The position numbers and the translations under genes are program-made. The notes beneath the pieces were generated by a model, which did not search any database, had not been told where the DNA came from, and was given only the letters and a program-made list of their open reading frames with translations. A stretch of 64,000 nucleotides of DNA from Alphaproteobacteria bacterium UBA3768 (GTDB lineage Bacteria; Pseudomonadota; Alphaproteobacteria; CAAHEQ01; UBA3637), in contig DFFU01000008.1 in the NCBI GenBank assembly GCA_002372315.1, forward strand, positions 12,014 through 76,013, given 5' to 3'. The number at the start of each line of letters is the position of its first letter. The stretch's first letter is position 1. Positions 29,908 to 37,975 of this stretch are shown here, in pieces.

Positions 29908-30678
29908 TTTCAATTGAATATTAGGGAACAATTTTTGGGCAACTTGATTATAGCCATCGGACATTTGGCTCACAATGAATTGGCGTGTGCCTTTGCGTGA
30001 TAATTTTGTTTCAATTTCATTGTGGCGCTTTAAATAATTGGTGAGTTTGTCCCCCATCAAATCATCTTGTGCTACAACGTGTGTATAGGGCAGGTATTTT
30101 TGAAATAAATCTTTGACGATTGGATAATGGGTGCATCCTAAAATGAGGGTTTGTAAGTGCTTTAATTTTTCTGAATATTGCTTAATTTCTTTTTCGGCTA
30201 ATTCAAAATCGCCTTTTTCAATGGCGGGTACGAGTGTTGGCGTAGCCAAAGTCAAAACATTTAAATCAGGTTTAATTTTTTTTAATTCTACCGCATAAAT
30301 ATCAGACCTTGTTGTGGCAGGTGTCGCGACTACACCAATTGCATGATGTGCATCCTCTAAGGCAACCTCTACGGTAGGGATGATAACCCCCAATATTTTA
30401 ACATTTGGGGCAAATTTGGGACAAAATCTTTTTTGTAAGTACCGAAGTGCTACGGCAGTGGCTGTATTACACGCGATAATAATTAATCCACAATCTTGTT
30501 CTATTAAAAAACGTATGGCGTCCAATGTATAGGCTAAAATGCGTCCAGACGTTTTTTCGCCATAGGGCAGGTGCATAGTGTCTCCATAATAAACGTAATC
30601 ATACTGTGGCAAGGCCTCTATTAAGGCTTTGGCAATCACTAATCCCCCTAATCCAGAATCAAAAACACCGATTTTCAT
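29899..30678 (-). CDS. murI: Glutamate racemase
   Basis: [12 protein letters not shown]-terminus, and catalytic Cys motifs ACNTA and GCTHYP. Confidence 0.85.
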   Translation of the reverse strand: MKIGVFDSGLGGLVIAKALIEALPQYDYVYYGDTMHLPYGEKTSGRILAYTLDAIRFLIEQDCGLIIIACNTATAVALRYLQKRFCPKFAPNVKILGVIIPTVEVALEDAHHAIGVVATPATTRSDIYAVELKKIKPDLNVLTLATPTLVPAIEKGDFELAEKEIKQYSEKLKHLQTLILGCTHYPIVKDLFQKYLPYTHVVAQDDLMGDKLTNYLKRHNEIETKLSRKGTRQFIVSQMSDGYNQVAQKLFPNIQLKLF

Positions 30679-30749
30679 AATTTTAGTATAGCTTAAAATG
30701 GTTCATTTGTCCACTTGATTTTTGATTGATAACATGATAGGATTGATAC

Positions 30750-32507
30750 ATGCGTAATAGTTTTAAAAAGCATTATCATTGTCGTCGGGATGATTCAAGT
30801 CTCAAAGAAGAGCCTGTTTCAATATCAGGTGTGTGGCAAAGTGGTCAATTTATCCCTGCCGATAAAAAAATTAAACGTACTTTTTATGTCAAACACGTGC
30901 CACCTTCGGTAAAACTTAAAGAAGGTGATATGATTGAAATACAATTGCCACGTTTTGTGTCTAAGGACGCGGCGGGTGAATTTCAACGTAAAATTGGTAA
31001 TATCAATGATCCCTATGCGCCGACAGAGTTGGCTATGGCCGAAGCACATTTACCGCACGTTTTTTCCGAGGAGGCCGAAAAAATTGCCCAAAAGGCGATA
31101 GTTCCACCTTTGGAAAAACCACGTAGAGATTTACGCAACTTACCTTTTTGTACAATAGATGGTGCCGATGCACGTGATTTTGATGATGCCGTGTGGGGTG
31201 AAAAGACCGTCAAGGGCTATCGTGTTATTGTGGCAATAGCGGATGTTTCATGGTACGTTTTGCCAGATTCTGAATTGGATAAAGAAGCCTATCGGCGGGG
31301 TAATTCAACTTATTTTCCCGATCGGGTAGTGCCTATGTTACCTTTTGCTCTTTCCAATGGGATGTGTTCATTGAATCCCAACGAAGATCGTGGAGCGCTG
31401 GTTTGTGATATAGAACTCAACTCGTCAGGTCAAAAAGTTAAACATCAATTTTATCGGGCATTGATTCAATCAAAAGCGCGCTTGACCTATGATGAAGTAC
31501 AAACTTTTATGGATGAAGAACAGGGGATTGCATCCACTGTTCAAGATTCATTGAAAACGCTAATCCGTGTTTATGAATTACTGCTCCAAAAACGACAAGC
31601 GCGTGGCGTATTGGAATTGGATGTACCTGAACGCAAAGTGGAATTGAATCCCAAAGGGCAGGTTTTGGCGGTCCATGAACGTGTCCAAACACCCGCCATG
31701 CAGTTGATTGAAGAATTGATGATTTTGGCGAATGTCAGTGCGGCTGAAACTTTGGAAAAGTTAAATGCACCCACTATGTATCGCGTGCATGATAAACCCA
31801 GTAGTGAAAAAATGGAACGCTTTAATGATTTTTTGAAATCTTTGGGGCAAAAATCTTTGGGGGGCGATATTCGTTCATCGGATTTCAACACCATTTTACA
31901 GAAAATAGATGGCAAAAAAATGGATTATGCTATGAATAAATTTGTTTTGCGTACGCAATCTCAGGCGGAATATTCCCCCGAAAATATTGGACACTATGGA
32001 TTGGCCTTGGCGCGCTATGCTCATTTTACTTCTCCCATTCGTCGCTATGCTGATTTGTTGGTTCATCGGGCTCTGGTAGGGGCATTAAAGTTGGGTAAAG
32101 GAGCCCTGAATGAACGACAAATTGATGATTTTAATGATTTGGCTGAACATATTTCGTATACAGAGCGACAAAGTGCCACTGCTGAACAAGGTGCTGTGGA
32201 TCGTTATATGGCGCGCTATATGGCCGATAAAATCGGTGGACTTTTTTACGGGCGCATTTCATCTGTTACAACTTTTGGTGTCTTTTTGACTATGAACGAA
32301 ACAGGAGCGGATGGTTTTGTTCCCTTACGCAGTATTCGTGGTGATTATTATAAGGTGGATGAAAAGGGGGCACGTTTAATGGGGCGTCATACCAATAAAG
32401 TATATAAAATGGGGGATGAAGTTGCGGTCATATTACGTGAATGCGATCCCATTACAGGCATGATGATGTTTTCCTTTGCTCGCCTCAAGGACTTAAAAAG
32501 TAAATAA
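30750..32507 (+). CDS. rnr: Ribonuclease R (RNB-family 3'-5' exoribonuclease) with C-terminal S1 domain
   Basis: RNB catalytic motifs (CTIDGADARDFDDAV, HFTSPIRRYADLLVHR) and a C-terminal S1-like domain. Confidence 0.8.
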   Translation: MRNSFKKHYHCRRDDSSLKEEPVSISGVWQSGQFIPADKKIKRTFYVKHVPPSVKLKEGDMIEIQLPRFVSKDAAGEFQRKIGNINDPYAPTELAMAEAHLPHVFSEEAEKIAQKAIVPPLEKPRRDLRNLPFCTIDGADARDFDDAVWGEKTVKGYRVIVAIADVSWYVLPDSELDKEAYRRGNSTYFPDRVVPMLPFALSNGMCSLNPNEDRGALVCDIELNSSGQKVKHQFYRALIQSKARLTYDEVQTFMDEEQGIASTVQDSLKTLIRVYELLLQKRQARGVLELDVPERKVELNPKGQVLAVHERVQTPAMQLIEELMILANVSAAETLEKLNAPTMYRVHDKPSSEKMERFNDFLKSLGQKSLGGDIRSSDFNTILQKIDGKKMDYAMNKFVLRTQSQAEYSPENIGHYGLALARYAHFTSPIRRYADLLVHRALVGALKLGKGALNERQIDDFNDLAEHISYTERQSATAEQGAVDRYMARYMADKIGGLFYGRISSVTTFGVFLTMNETGADGFVPLRSIRGDYYKVDEKGARLMGRHTNKVYKMGDEVAVILRECDPITGMMMFSFARLKDLKSK

Positions 32508-32633
32508 AACAAATTCCAATTAATGATATAAAATAAGTTATTGATTTAAAAGATAAAAAAATCCAAGGGGATTGGACATATCTTGACGCATTTAAAACTA
32601 ACACATTTTATCCATTTAAGCAAAAAGAAAATT

Positions 32634-32660
32634 AAGTTATTTTCCTCTTGAAAATAACTT
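32634..32660. promoter_or_regulatory. Perfect 11-bp inverted repeat (AAGTTATTTTC-N5-GAAAATAACTT) overlapping the -35 of the hydCBA promoter; candidate operator
   Basis: The palindrome was read directly from the sequence. TTGATT (-35) overlaps the right arm and TATAAA (-10) lies 17 nt downstream. The hydC ATG is at 32728. Confidence 0.35.
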
Positions 32661-32727
32661 GATTTTTATATAGGACTGTGCTATAAATTCTTTATCGTTT
32701 CTTTAAAGATAAAAAAAGGAGAAGATA

Positions 32728-33222
32728 ATGGCCGAAGATAAAACAAAAATCCAAGAAGATACCAGAAAAATTTTGGTGAAATGGAAGACAAAACGTGGGT
32801 CACTCATCATGGCTTTGCATGAAATTCAAGGGGCGTTTGGTTATGTTCCGTGGGATGCGATGGAGGTTGTGGCCGAAGAGCTTAAAATCCCAATGGCGCA
32901 AATCTATTCAGTTCTGACATTTTATAACTATTTTAAATTGACAGCTCCAGGTAAGGTCGTTATTTCTATTTGTGATGGTACTGCCTGCCATATCAAAGGC
33001 GGTCAATCCGTCATTGAAGCCTTTGAAAAAGAATTGGGTGTACCCGCCGGTACAACGACAGAGGATGGATTATTTTACATTCAAATCGTGCGTTGTTTGG
33101 GGTGTTGTGGTCTGGCGCCTGTCGTGGTTGTAAATGGTAAAACTTATGGTCGTGTGACACCGCTTGATGCACCCAAAATTGTGGCTGAATGGCGTGAAAC
33201 AATGGCTAAGGAAGGAGTATAA
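32728..33222 (+). CDS. hydC: [FeFe]-hydrogenase small subunit, NuoE-like [2Fe-2S] thioredoxin-fold protein (HydC/HndA)
   Basis: 164 aa with the NuoE cysteine pattern (ICDGTACHIKGG ... CLGCCGLAPVV). RBS AAAGGAGAAG. Confidence 0.8.
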   Translation: MAEDKTKIQEDTRKILVKWKTKRGSLIMALHEIQGAFGYVPWDAMEVVAEELKIPMAQIYSVLTFYNYFKLTAPGKVVISICDGTACHIKGGQSVIEAFEKELGVPAGTTTEDGLFYIQIVRCLGCCGLAPVVVVNGKTYGRVTPLDAPKIVAEWRETMAKEGV

Positions 33223-33223
33223 A

Positions 33224-34984
33224 ATGGTTGAATTATCTCAAGAACAAATTGAAAAATTAAAGGCTTTAGGGCGTACCCAAAAAGAAAATTTAATCAAGTT
33301 GGGTGAAGAATTCAAAGAAAAAGTGAAAAATTATAAGGCCTCTATTTATACCTGTAATGCAACCAGCTGCCATTCAGGTGGAGCCGCTAGCGTGTTGGAT
33401 GCCTTCCGTGAAAGTTTGACCGCAGCAGGATTAGAGGCAGATGTGCGTGTGGTTTGTACAGGCTGTATGGGGCTTTGTGCTTCCGGACCTTTGGCCCGTG
33501 TAGAAATTAAGGGTAAAAAAGCTGTTCTTTATCAACATGTAACCCCAGATATGGCACGTGTGATTGTGTCTGAACATGTGGTGCCAGCCCTGAAAACAGA
33601 AGGGGAAGTCAAGACGTCCGATTATTTGAAAAAACAAGAATTGTCTTTGGATTTGCCGTTCTTTACAAAACAGCGCAAGATTGTATTGCGCTTGTTGGGA
33701 CATTCTGATCCCGAAGATTTGGGCGAATATATTGCCAACGGTGGCTATCAAGGATTAATGAAAGCTCTGACCATGAAACCAGAAGAGGTCTTGGAAATTA
33801 TTAAAAAGTCAGGCCTACGTGGTCGTGGTGGTGGTGGCTTCCCTACAGGAACAAAGTGGGAAATGCTATCCAAATCCCCCTTGGTTGACGGTGAAAAATT
33901 CATGATTTGTAACGGGGACGAAGGTGATCCAGGTGCTTATATGGACTCCTGTATTTTGGGTGGTGGTTCCCATGCCGTATTGGAAGGGATGATGATTGGT
34001 GCCTATGCGACAGGGGCAACCTCAGGTTGGTTCTATATTCGCGCGGAATATCCTTTGGCCATCCAACGTATGGAACTCGCCATTAAACAAGCCAAACGTT
34101 ATGGTATTTTGGGGCGCAACATTTTTGGCACAGATTTTAACTTTATGGCGGATATTCGCTATGGGGCTGGGGCCTTTGTATGCGGAGAAGAAACAGCTTT
34201 GATGTCCTCTGTGGAAGGCAAGCGTGGGACACCGCGTCCTCGCCCGCCGTTCCCGACACAAAAGGGATTGTTTGATAAGCCAACTGCCATCAACAACGTG
34301 GAAACTTTGGCAAACGTTGGTCCGATTATGGTCAATGGTCCTGAATGGTTCAGCGAAGTGGGAACGGCCACGTCCAAGGGAACCAAAGTGTTTGCCATTA
34401 CCGGTAAAGTGAAGCATTCCGGATTGGTGGAAGTGCCAATGGGAACAACTGTTGGTGAAATGGTGAATGATATTGGTGGCGGCACCAGTTCTGGTAAGCC
34501 CTTTAAGGCGGTGCAAACAGGTGGTCCTTCGGGCGGTGTGATTCCGGCATCCGAACTCCATATGCCGCTCTGTTATGAAGAACTTAAAAAAATCGGTTCT
34601 ATGATGGGATCAGGTGGGATGATTGTCATGGATCAAGATGACAGTATGGTGGAAATCGCCAAGTTCTATTTGGGCTTTACCGTGGATGAATCTTGTGGTA
34701 AGTGTGCGCCTTGCCGAATTGGTGGCTATCAAATGTTGCAGCTGATGAAAAAGATTGCAGACGGGAAAGGTACTAAGGCAGATGTTGCCAAGATTAAAGA
34801 AATCGGGAATGCCATGAAAAAGGCTTCTTTGTGTGGCTTAGGTCAAACAGCACCGAATCCAGTGCTGTCCACCATGAAATTCTTTAAAAACGAATATGAT
34901 GCTTTGCTGATTGACGGAAATGAACCTGATGAAGAAAACACCGAAAAACAAGTCAAAGCCTGTAATATCAACACGAAAAAATAA
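33224..34984 (+). CDS. hydB: [FeFe]-hydrogenase flavoprotein subunit, NuoF-like NAD(P)H-binding (HydB/HndC)
   Basis: N-terminal Trx-like 2Fe-2S domain (CNATSCHSGG...CTGCMGLC). NuoF core with FMN/NADH motifs (GRGGGGFPTGTKWE, GDEGDPGAYMD). The 4Fe-4S motif CGKCAPCRIGG. RBS GGAGTAT. Confidence 0.85.
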   Translation: MVELSQEQIEKLKALGRTQKENLIKLGEEFKEKVKNYKASIYTCNATSCHSGGAASVLDAFRESLTAAGLEADVRVVCTGCMGLCASGPLARVEIKGKKAVLYQHVTPDMARVIVSEHVVPALKTEGEVKTSDYLKKQELSLDLPFFTKQRKIVLRLLGHSDPEDLGEYIANGGYQGLMKALTMKPEEVLEIIKKSGLRGRGGGGFPTGTKWEMLSKSPLVDGEKFMICNGDEGDPGAYMDSCILGGGSHAVLEGMMIGAYATGATSGWFYIRAEYPLAIQRMELAIKQAKRYGILGRNIFGTDFNFMADIRYGAGAFVCGEETALMSSVEGKRGTPRPRPPFPTQKGLFDKPTAINNVETLANVGPIMVNGPEWFSEVGTATSKGTKVFAITGKVKHSGLVEVPMGTTVGEMVNDIGGGTSSGKPFKAVQTGGPSGGVIPASELHMPLCYEELKKIGSMMGSGGMIVMDQDDSMVEIAKFYLGFTVDESCGKCAPCRIGGYQMLQLMKKIADGKGTKADVAKIKEIGNAMKKASLCGLGQTAPNPVLSTMKFFKNEYDALLIDGNEPDEENTEKQVKACNINTKK

Positions 34985-34994
34985 GGATCAGAAA

Positions 34995-36752
34995 ATGGTA
35001 AAATTAACAATTGATTCAAAAGTGGTTGAAGTTCCAGAAGGAACAACAATTTTAGATGCGGCCAAGTCTGCGCAAATCAAGATTCCGACACTGTGTCATC
35101 ATCCTGATTTGCCACCCACAGCCGCTTGCGGTATTTGTATCGTGAAGGTGGGCAATCGCATGGTACGTTCCTGTTGTACACCAGTGGCTGAAGGTATGGA
35201 AGTCATTACGCGTGATCCAGATATTATTGAAGCGCGTCGGACAGTGTTAAAACTGACTCTCAGTAAACATCCCAATGAATGCTTGACTTGTTTGAAAAAC
35301 GAAACATGTGAATTGCGTAAACTCTCGGCTGATTTTGGGATTCGTGATACAGAATTTGCAAACATTACACCCAGCAAAGAAGAAATGCCATTGGATGATT
35401 CCACCAAAAGTATCGTTTTGGATCCACGCAAGTGTATCTTGTGTGGGCGTTGTGTGGAAGTTTGTCAAAATGTTCAAAATGTGTGGGCATTATCTATGCT
35501 CAAACGTGGTATCAATACACACATTTCACCGGCGGCTGATAACAAGTTAGGGGATAGTCCTTGTATCAAGTGTGGTCAATGTACGGCTCACTGTCCAACA
35601 GGGGCACTCACCGAACGTGATGATACACAATATGTATGGAGTTTGTTACAAGATCCTGAAAAATATTGTGTGGTTCAAATTGCACCGGCTGTGCGTGTGG
35701 CTATCGGTGAAGCCTTTGGCTATAAGCCCGGTGAAATCACCACAGGTAAAATCTATGCAGCTTTGCGTCGCTTGGGCTTTAATGCTGTATTTGATACCAA
35801 CTTTGGTGCTGACGTGACCATTATGGAAGAAGGCAGCGAATTTATTGAACGTTTTGTGAATGGTAAAGGTGCTTTGCCACTCATTACTTCTTGCTGTCCG
35901 GCTTGGGTGGATTATATGGAAAAGTATTTCAGCGATATGATTCCACATTTTTCCAGCTGTAAGTCCCCGCATGAAATCGTGGGTGCATTGGCAAAGACAT
36001 ACTATGCCGATAAGGTCAATGTCCCAACCGAAAAAATGCGTGTGATTTCTATCATGCCCTGTACGGCGAAAAAGTTTGAAATCTTGCGCAGTGAAGAAAT
36101 GTTCTCCTCTGGTTTCCAAGATGTAGATGTTTCGCTTACGACTCGTGAATTAGCCCGTATGATAAAGCAGGCTGGTATTGATTTTGTCAATTTGCCTGAG
36201 GAAGAGGCTGATTCACCATTGGGATCTTATACGGGTGCTGGTACAGTATTCGGATTTTCTGGTGGCGTGATGGAGGCTGCCTTGCGTACTGTCCACGCTG
36301 TTGTGACAGGTAAGGAAATGCCTGAAGATGCTTTGGAAGTCAAACCCATTTTGGGCTTAGATAAAGGTATCAAAGAAATGACCATGGATCTGAATGGCAA
36401 GGAAGTCCGTATTGCTGTTGCTCATGGCATTGGGCACGTTCAAGCGCTTCTTGAAAAAGTGCGTGAGGCTGAACAAAAAGGCGAAGAGCCCCCCTATCAC
36501 TTTATTGAAGTGATGGCTTGCCAAGGCGGCTGTGTAGGTGGTGGTGGCCAACCTTTGGGGGTCACGGACGAAATCCGTAAAGCCCGTATGGAAGGTTTGA
36601 TGAAAGATGACCGCGGATCCAAGCAACGCTGTTCGCATTTGAATCCGGATGTGAAAAAACTTTATGATGAATTTTTGGGTAAGCCCTTATCTGAACGTTC
36701 TCATCACCTTTTGCACACCAGTTATCAAAAGCGTGAGCTTTACAAAAAATAA
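34995..36752 (+). CDS. hydA: [FeFe]-hydrogenase catalytic subunit HydA
   Basis: N-terminal 2Fe-2S ferredoxin domain. Two CxxCxxCxxxCP 4Fe-4S motifs (CILCGRCVEVC, CIKCGQCTAHCP). All three H-cluster signatures: TSCCPAW (L1), MPCTAKK (L2) and EVMACQGGCVGGGGQP (L3). Confidence 0.9.
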   Translation: MVKLTIDSKVVEVPEGTTILDAAKSAQIKIPTLCHHPDLPPTAACGICIVKVGNRMVRSCCTPVAEGMEVITRDPDIIEARRTVLKLTLSKHPNECLTCLKNETCELRKLSADFGIRDTEFANITPSKEEMPLDDSTKSIVLDPRKCILCGRCVEVCQNVQNVWALSMLKRGINTHISPAADNKLGDSPCIKCGQCTAHCPTGALTERDDTQYVWSLLQDPEKYCVVQIAPAVRVAIGEAFGYKPGEITTGKIYAALRRLGFNAVFDTNFGADVTIMEEGSEFIERFVNGKGALPLITSCCPAWVDYMEKYFSDMIPHFSSCKSPHEIVGALAKTYYADKVNVPTEKMRVISIMPCTAKKFEILRSEEMFSSGFQDVDVSLTTRELARMIKQAGIDFVNLPEEEADSPLGSYTGAGTVFGFSGGVMEAALRTVHAVVTGKEMPEDALEVKPILGLDKGIKEMTMDLNGKEVRIAVAHGIGHVQALLEKVREAEQKGEEPPYHFIEVMACQGGCVGGGGQPLGVTDEIRKARMEGLMKDDRGSKQRCSHLNPDVKKLYDEFLGKPLSERSHHLLHTSYQKRELYKK

Positions 36753-36756
36753 AAGA

Positions 36757-36788
36757 ACCCCCGACCAAACGGTCGGGGATTTTTTTTG
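36757..36788. terminator. Bidirectional Rho-independent terminator after hydA / RNHCP gene
   Basis: GC-rich stem CCCCGACC-AAAC-GGTCGGGG followed by a T8 run. Confidence 0.7.
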
Positions 36789-36795
36789 ATTGATT

Positions 36796-37143
36796 TTACC
36801 TAACGTGAAGTTTTTGTTTCATATAAAAATCCATCGCTTGATGCGAAAGAGCCAATAAAGCATCAAAATTGTCATTGGGACTTGTTTTGTTACGACGGAT
36901 ATGTCCACATTTGGTGCAACGATGGACAATATAGTCATGTCCATTTTTATGTTCCAACTTTTCGGCTAACATGATTCCATGACAATTGCAAGCTCTGTCA
37001 CCAGGATTCACATCCACGTGCAGTGATGACAAACATTCAGGGCAGTGGTTAGTATAACCATTACCTTTGACCTTTGTGCCACAAACGACACAGGTAAAAT
37101 CCTCTACTTTTCTGGTAAATTGAGCCGTTTTCATGTCCGACAT
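36796..37143 (-). CDS. RNHCP domain-containing zinc-ribbon protein
   Basis: Motif YTNHCPECLSSLHVD plus additional CxxC pairs. The start is probably MSDMK (37143) rather than the upstream in-frame ATG. Confidence 0.6.
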   Translation of the reverse strand: MSDMKTAQFTRKVEDFTCVVCGTKVKGNGYTNHCPECLSSLHVDVNPGDRACNCHGIMLAEKLEHKNGHDYIVHRCTKCGHIRRNKTSPNDNFDALLALSHQAMDFYMKQKLHVR

Positions 37144-37178
37144 TATAACACAAATCAAAAAAAAATGCAAGAAAACAC

Positions 37179-37207
37179 TTGACCTCATGAAAATTTTGCG
37201 CTATAAT
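37179..37207 (+). promoter_or_regulatory. Sigma70-type promoter of tRNA-Leu
   Basis: TTGACC, 17 nt, TATAAT, about 21 nt upstream of the mature tRNA 5' end. Confidence 0.5.
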
Positions 37208-37228
37208 TACTCCGCTTTCAGTTCACGT

Positions 37229-37315
37229 GCGGATATGGCGGAACTGGTAGACGCAACGGACTTAAAATCCGTTGGGGGCAACCCCGTGCCGGTTCGATTC
37301 CGGCTTTCCGCACCA
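37229..37315 (+). tRNA. tRNA-Leu (anticodon UAA), type II with long variable arm
   Basis: Manual fold: acceptor GCGGATA/TTTCCGC (one T:T mismatch at 6:67), D-arm GCGG..AACTGGTAG..ACGC, anticodon stem ACGGA/TCCGT with loop CTTAAAA, long variable arm, T-arm GCCGG-TTCGATT-CCGGC, and an encoded CCA. Confidence 0.85.
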
Positions 37316-37412
37316 ATTAAAAAAGCTTGAAATCTAAGCATTTTAAATCAAGGTCAAAGTTTATCTTTGGCCTTTTTTGTTTTTGAAAAACACTTGCGTA
37401 TCAATAGTTTAT
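37291..37412. repeat. Left direct repeat (tRNA-Leu 3' end + downstream terminator), attL-like
   Basis: About 120 nt that is about 90% identical to 43634-43756, as read from the sequence. Includes the hairpin AGGTCAAAG..CTTTGGCCT plus a T-run. Confidence 0.75.
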
Positions 37413-37447
37413 ATTGGTTTTGTTTAATTTTTATAAAAGGGCAAAGT

Positions 37448-37883
37448 ATGATGAAAAACCGTGATGCAAAATGTGATGCGCACCAAAATTTGCGACCAAT
37501 CCATTTATGGTTGCGAGAAAACATTTTTTATTGTAGAATGGAACTACCACGAATGGATGGAAAAAGACGGTATAAGCGAATTTCATTGCATACTGATAAT
37601 TACTATAAAGCGAGGGAAATGATGAAGCAAATTAACCAAAACCAACCTAATGCTTTGATGGATAAATTACATTTCCTATACAATCAGTTGATTTTTGATA
37701 CAGAAATTATCGTTGATGGTCTTGCCAGGTTCCTGTGGAATGGCGCGTCAGATCAAAACACTATCAAAGCGTAATAATCCTGAAACTCTTCGCGATTTGC
37801 TTGAAACATATTTAAAGATTGAAGCGGAAAGAAATGAACAGCTGCGTTCTGAATTTAGATTTTTGTTAGTTAATTCGGCTTAA
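37448..37883 (+). pseudogene. Remnant of a P4-type tyrosine integrase (N-terminal arm-binding domain only, broken frame)
   Basis: The segment LRENIFYCRMELPRMDGKRRYKRISLHTDNYYKAREM resembles the DUF4102/arm domain of P4-like integrases (pattern W.FRY...GK.....SLG.YP..SL..AR). The ORF stops after about 110 aa and continues in another frame (37695-37883) with no catalytic domain. It sits immediately 3' of the tRNA. Confidence 0.35.
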
Positions 37884-37975
37884 AATCAACCAAATTTTGA
37901 ACAGAAGTATATTGTAATTCAAAAAAATCAAACATAGGATTGTTTTTTTATAACTATTTGATATAATATTTTTGT

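Noticed and set aside
32560-32600. Palindrome TCCAA-GGGGA-TTGGA after an A-run downstream of rnr as the rnr terminator.
   Set aside because: It has only 5-bp arms and no following T-run, so it is too weak to call. The 11-bp palindrome further downstream is the better-defined structure.
37133-37330. 65-aa plus-strand ORF from the track.
   Set aside because: It lies entirely over the tRNA-Leu promoter and tRNA gene, so it is spurious.
37316-37447. The segment after tRNA-Leu as a second small RNA gene.
   Set aside because: It is the tRNA's own Rho-independent terminator plus sequence duplicated at the island's right end. No independent promoter is present.
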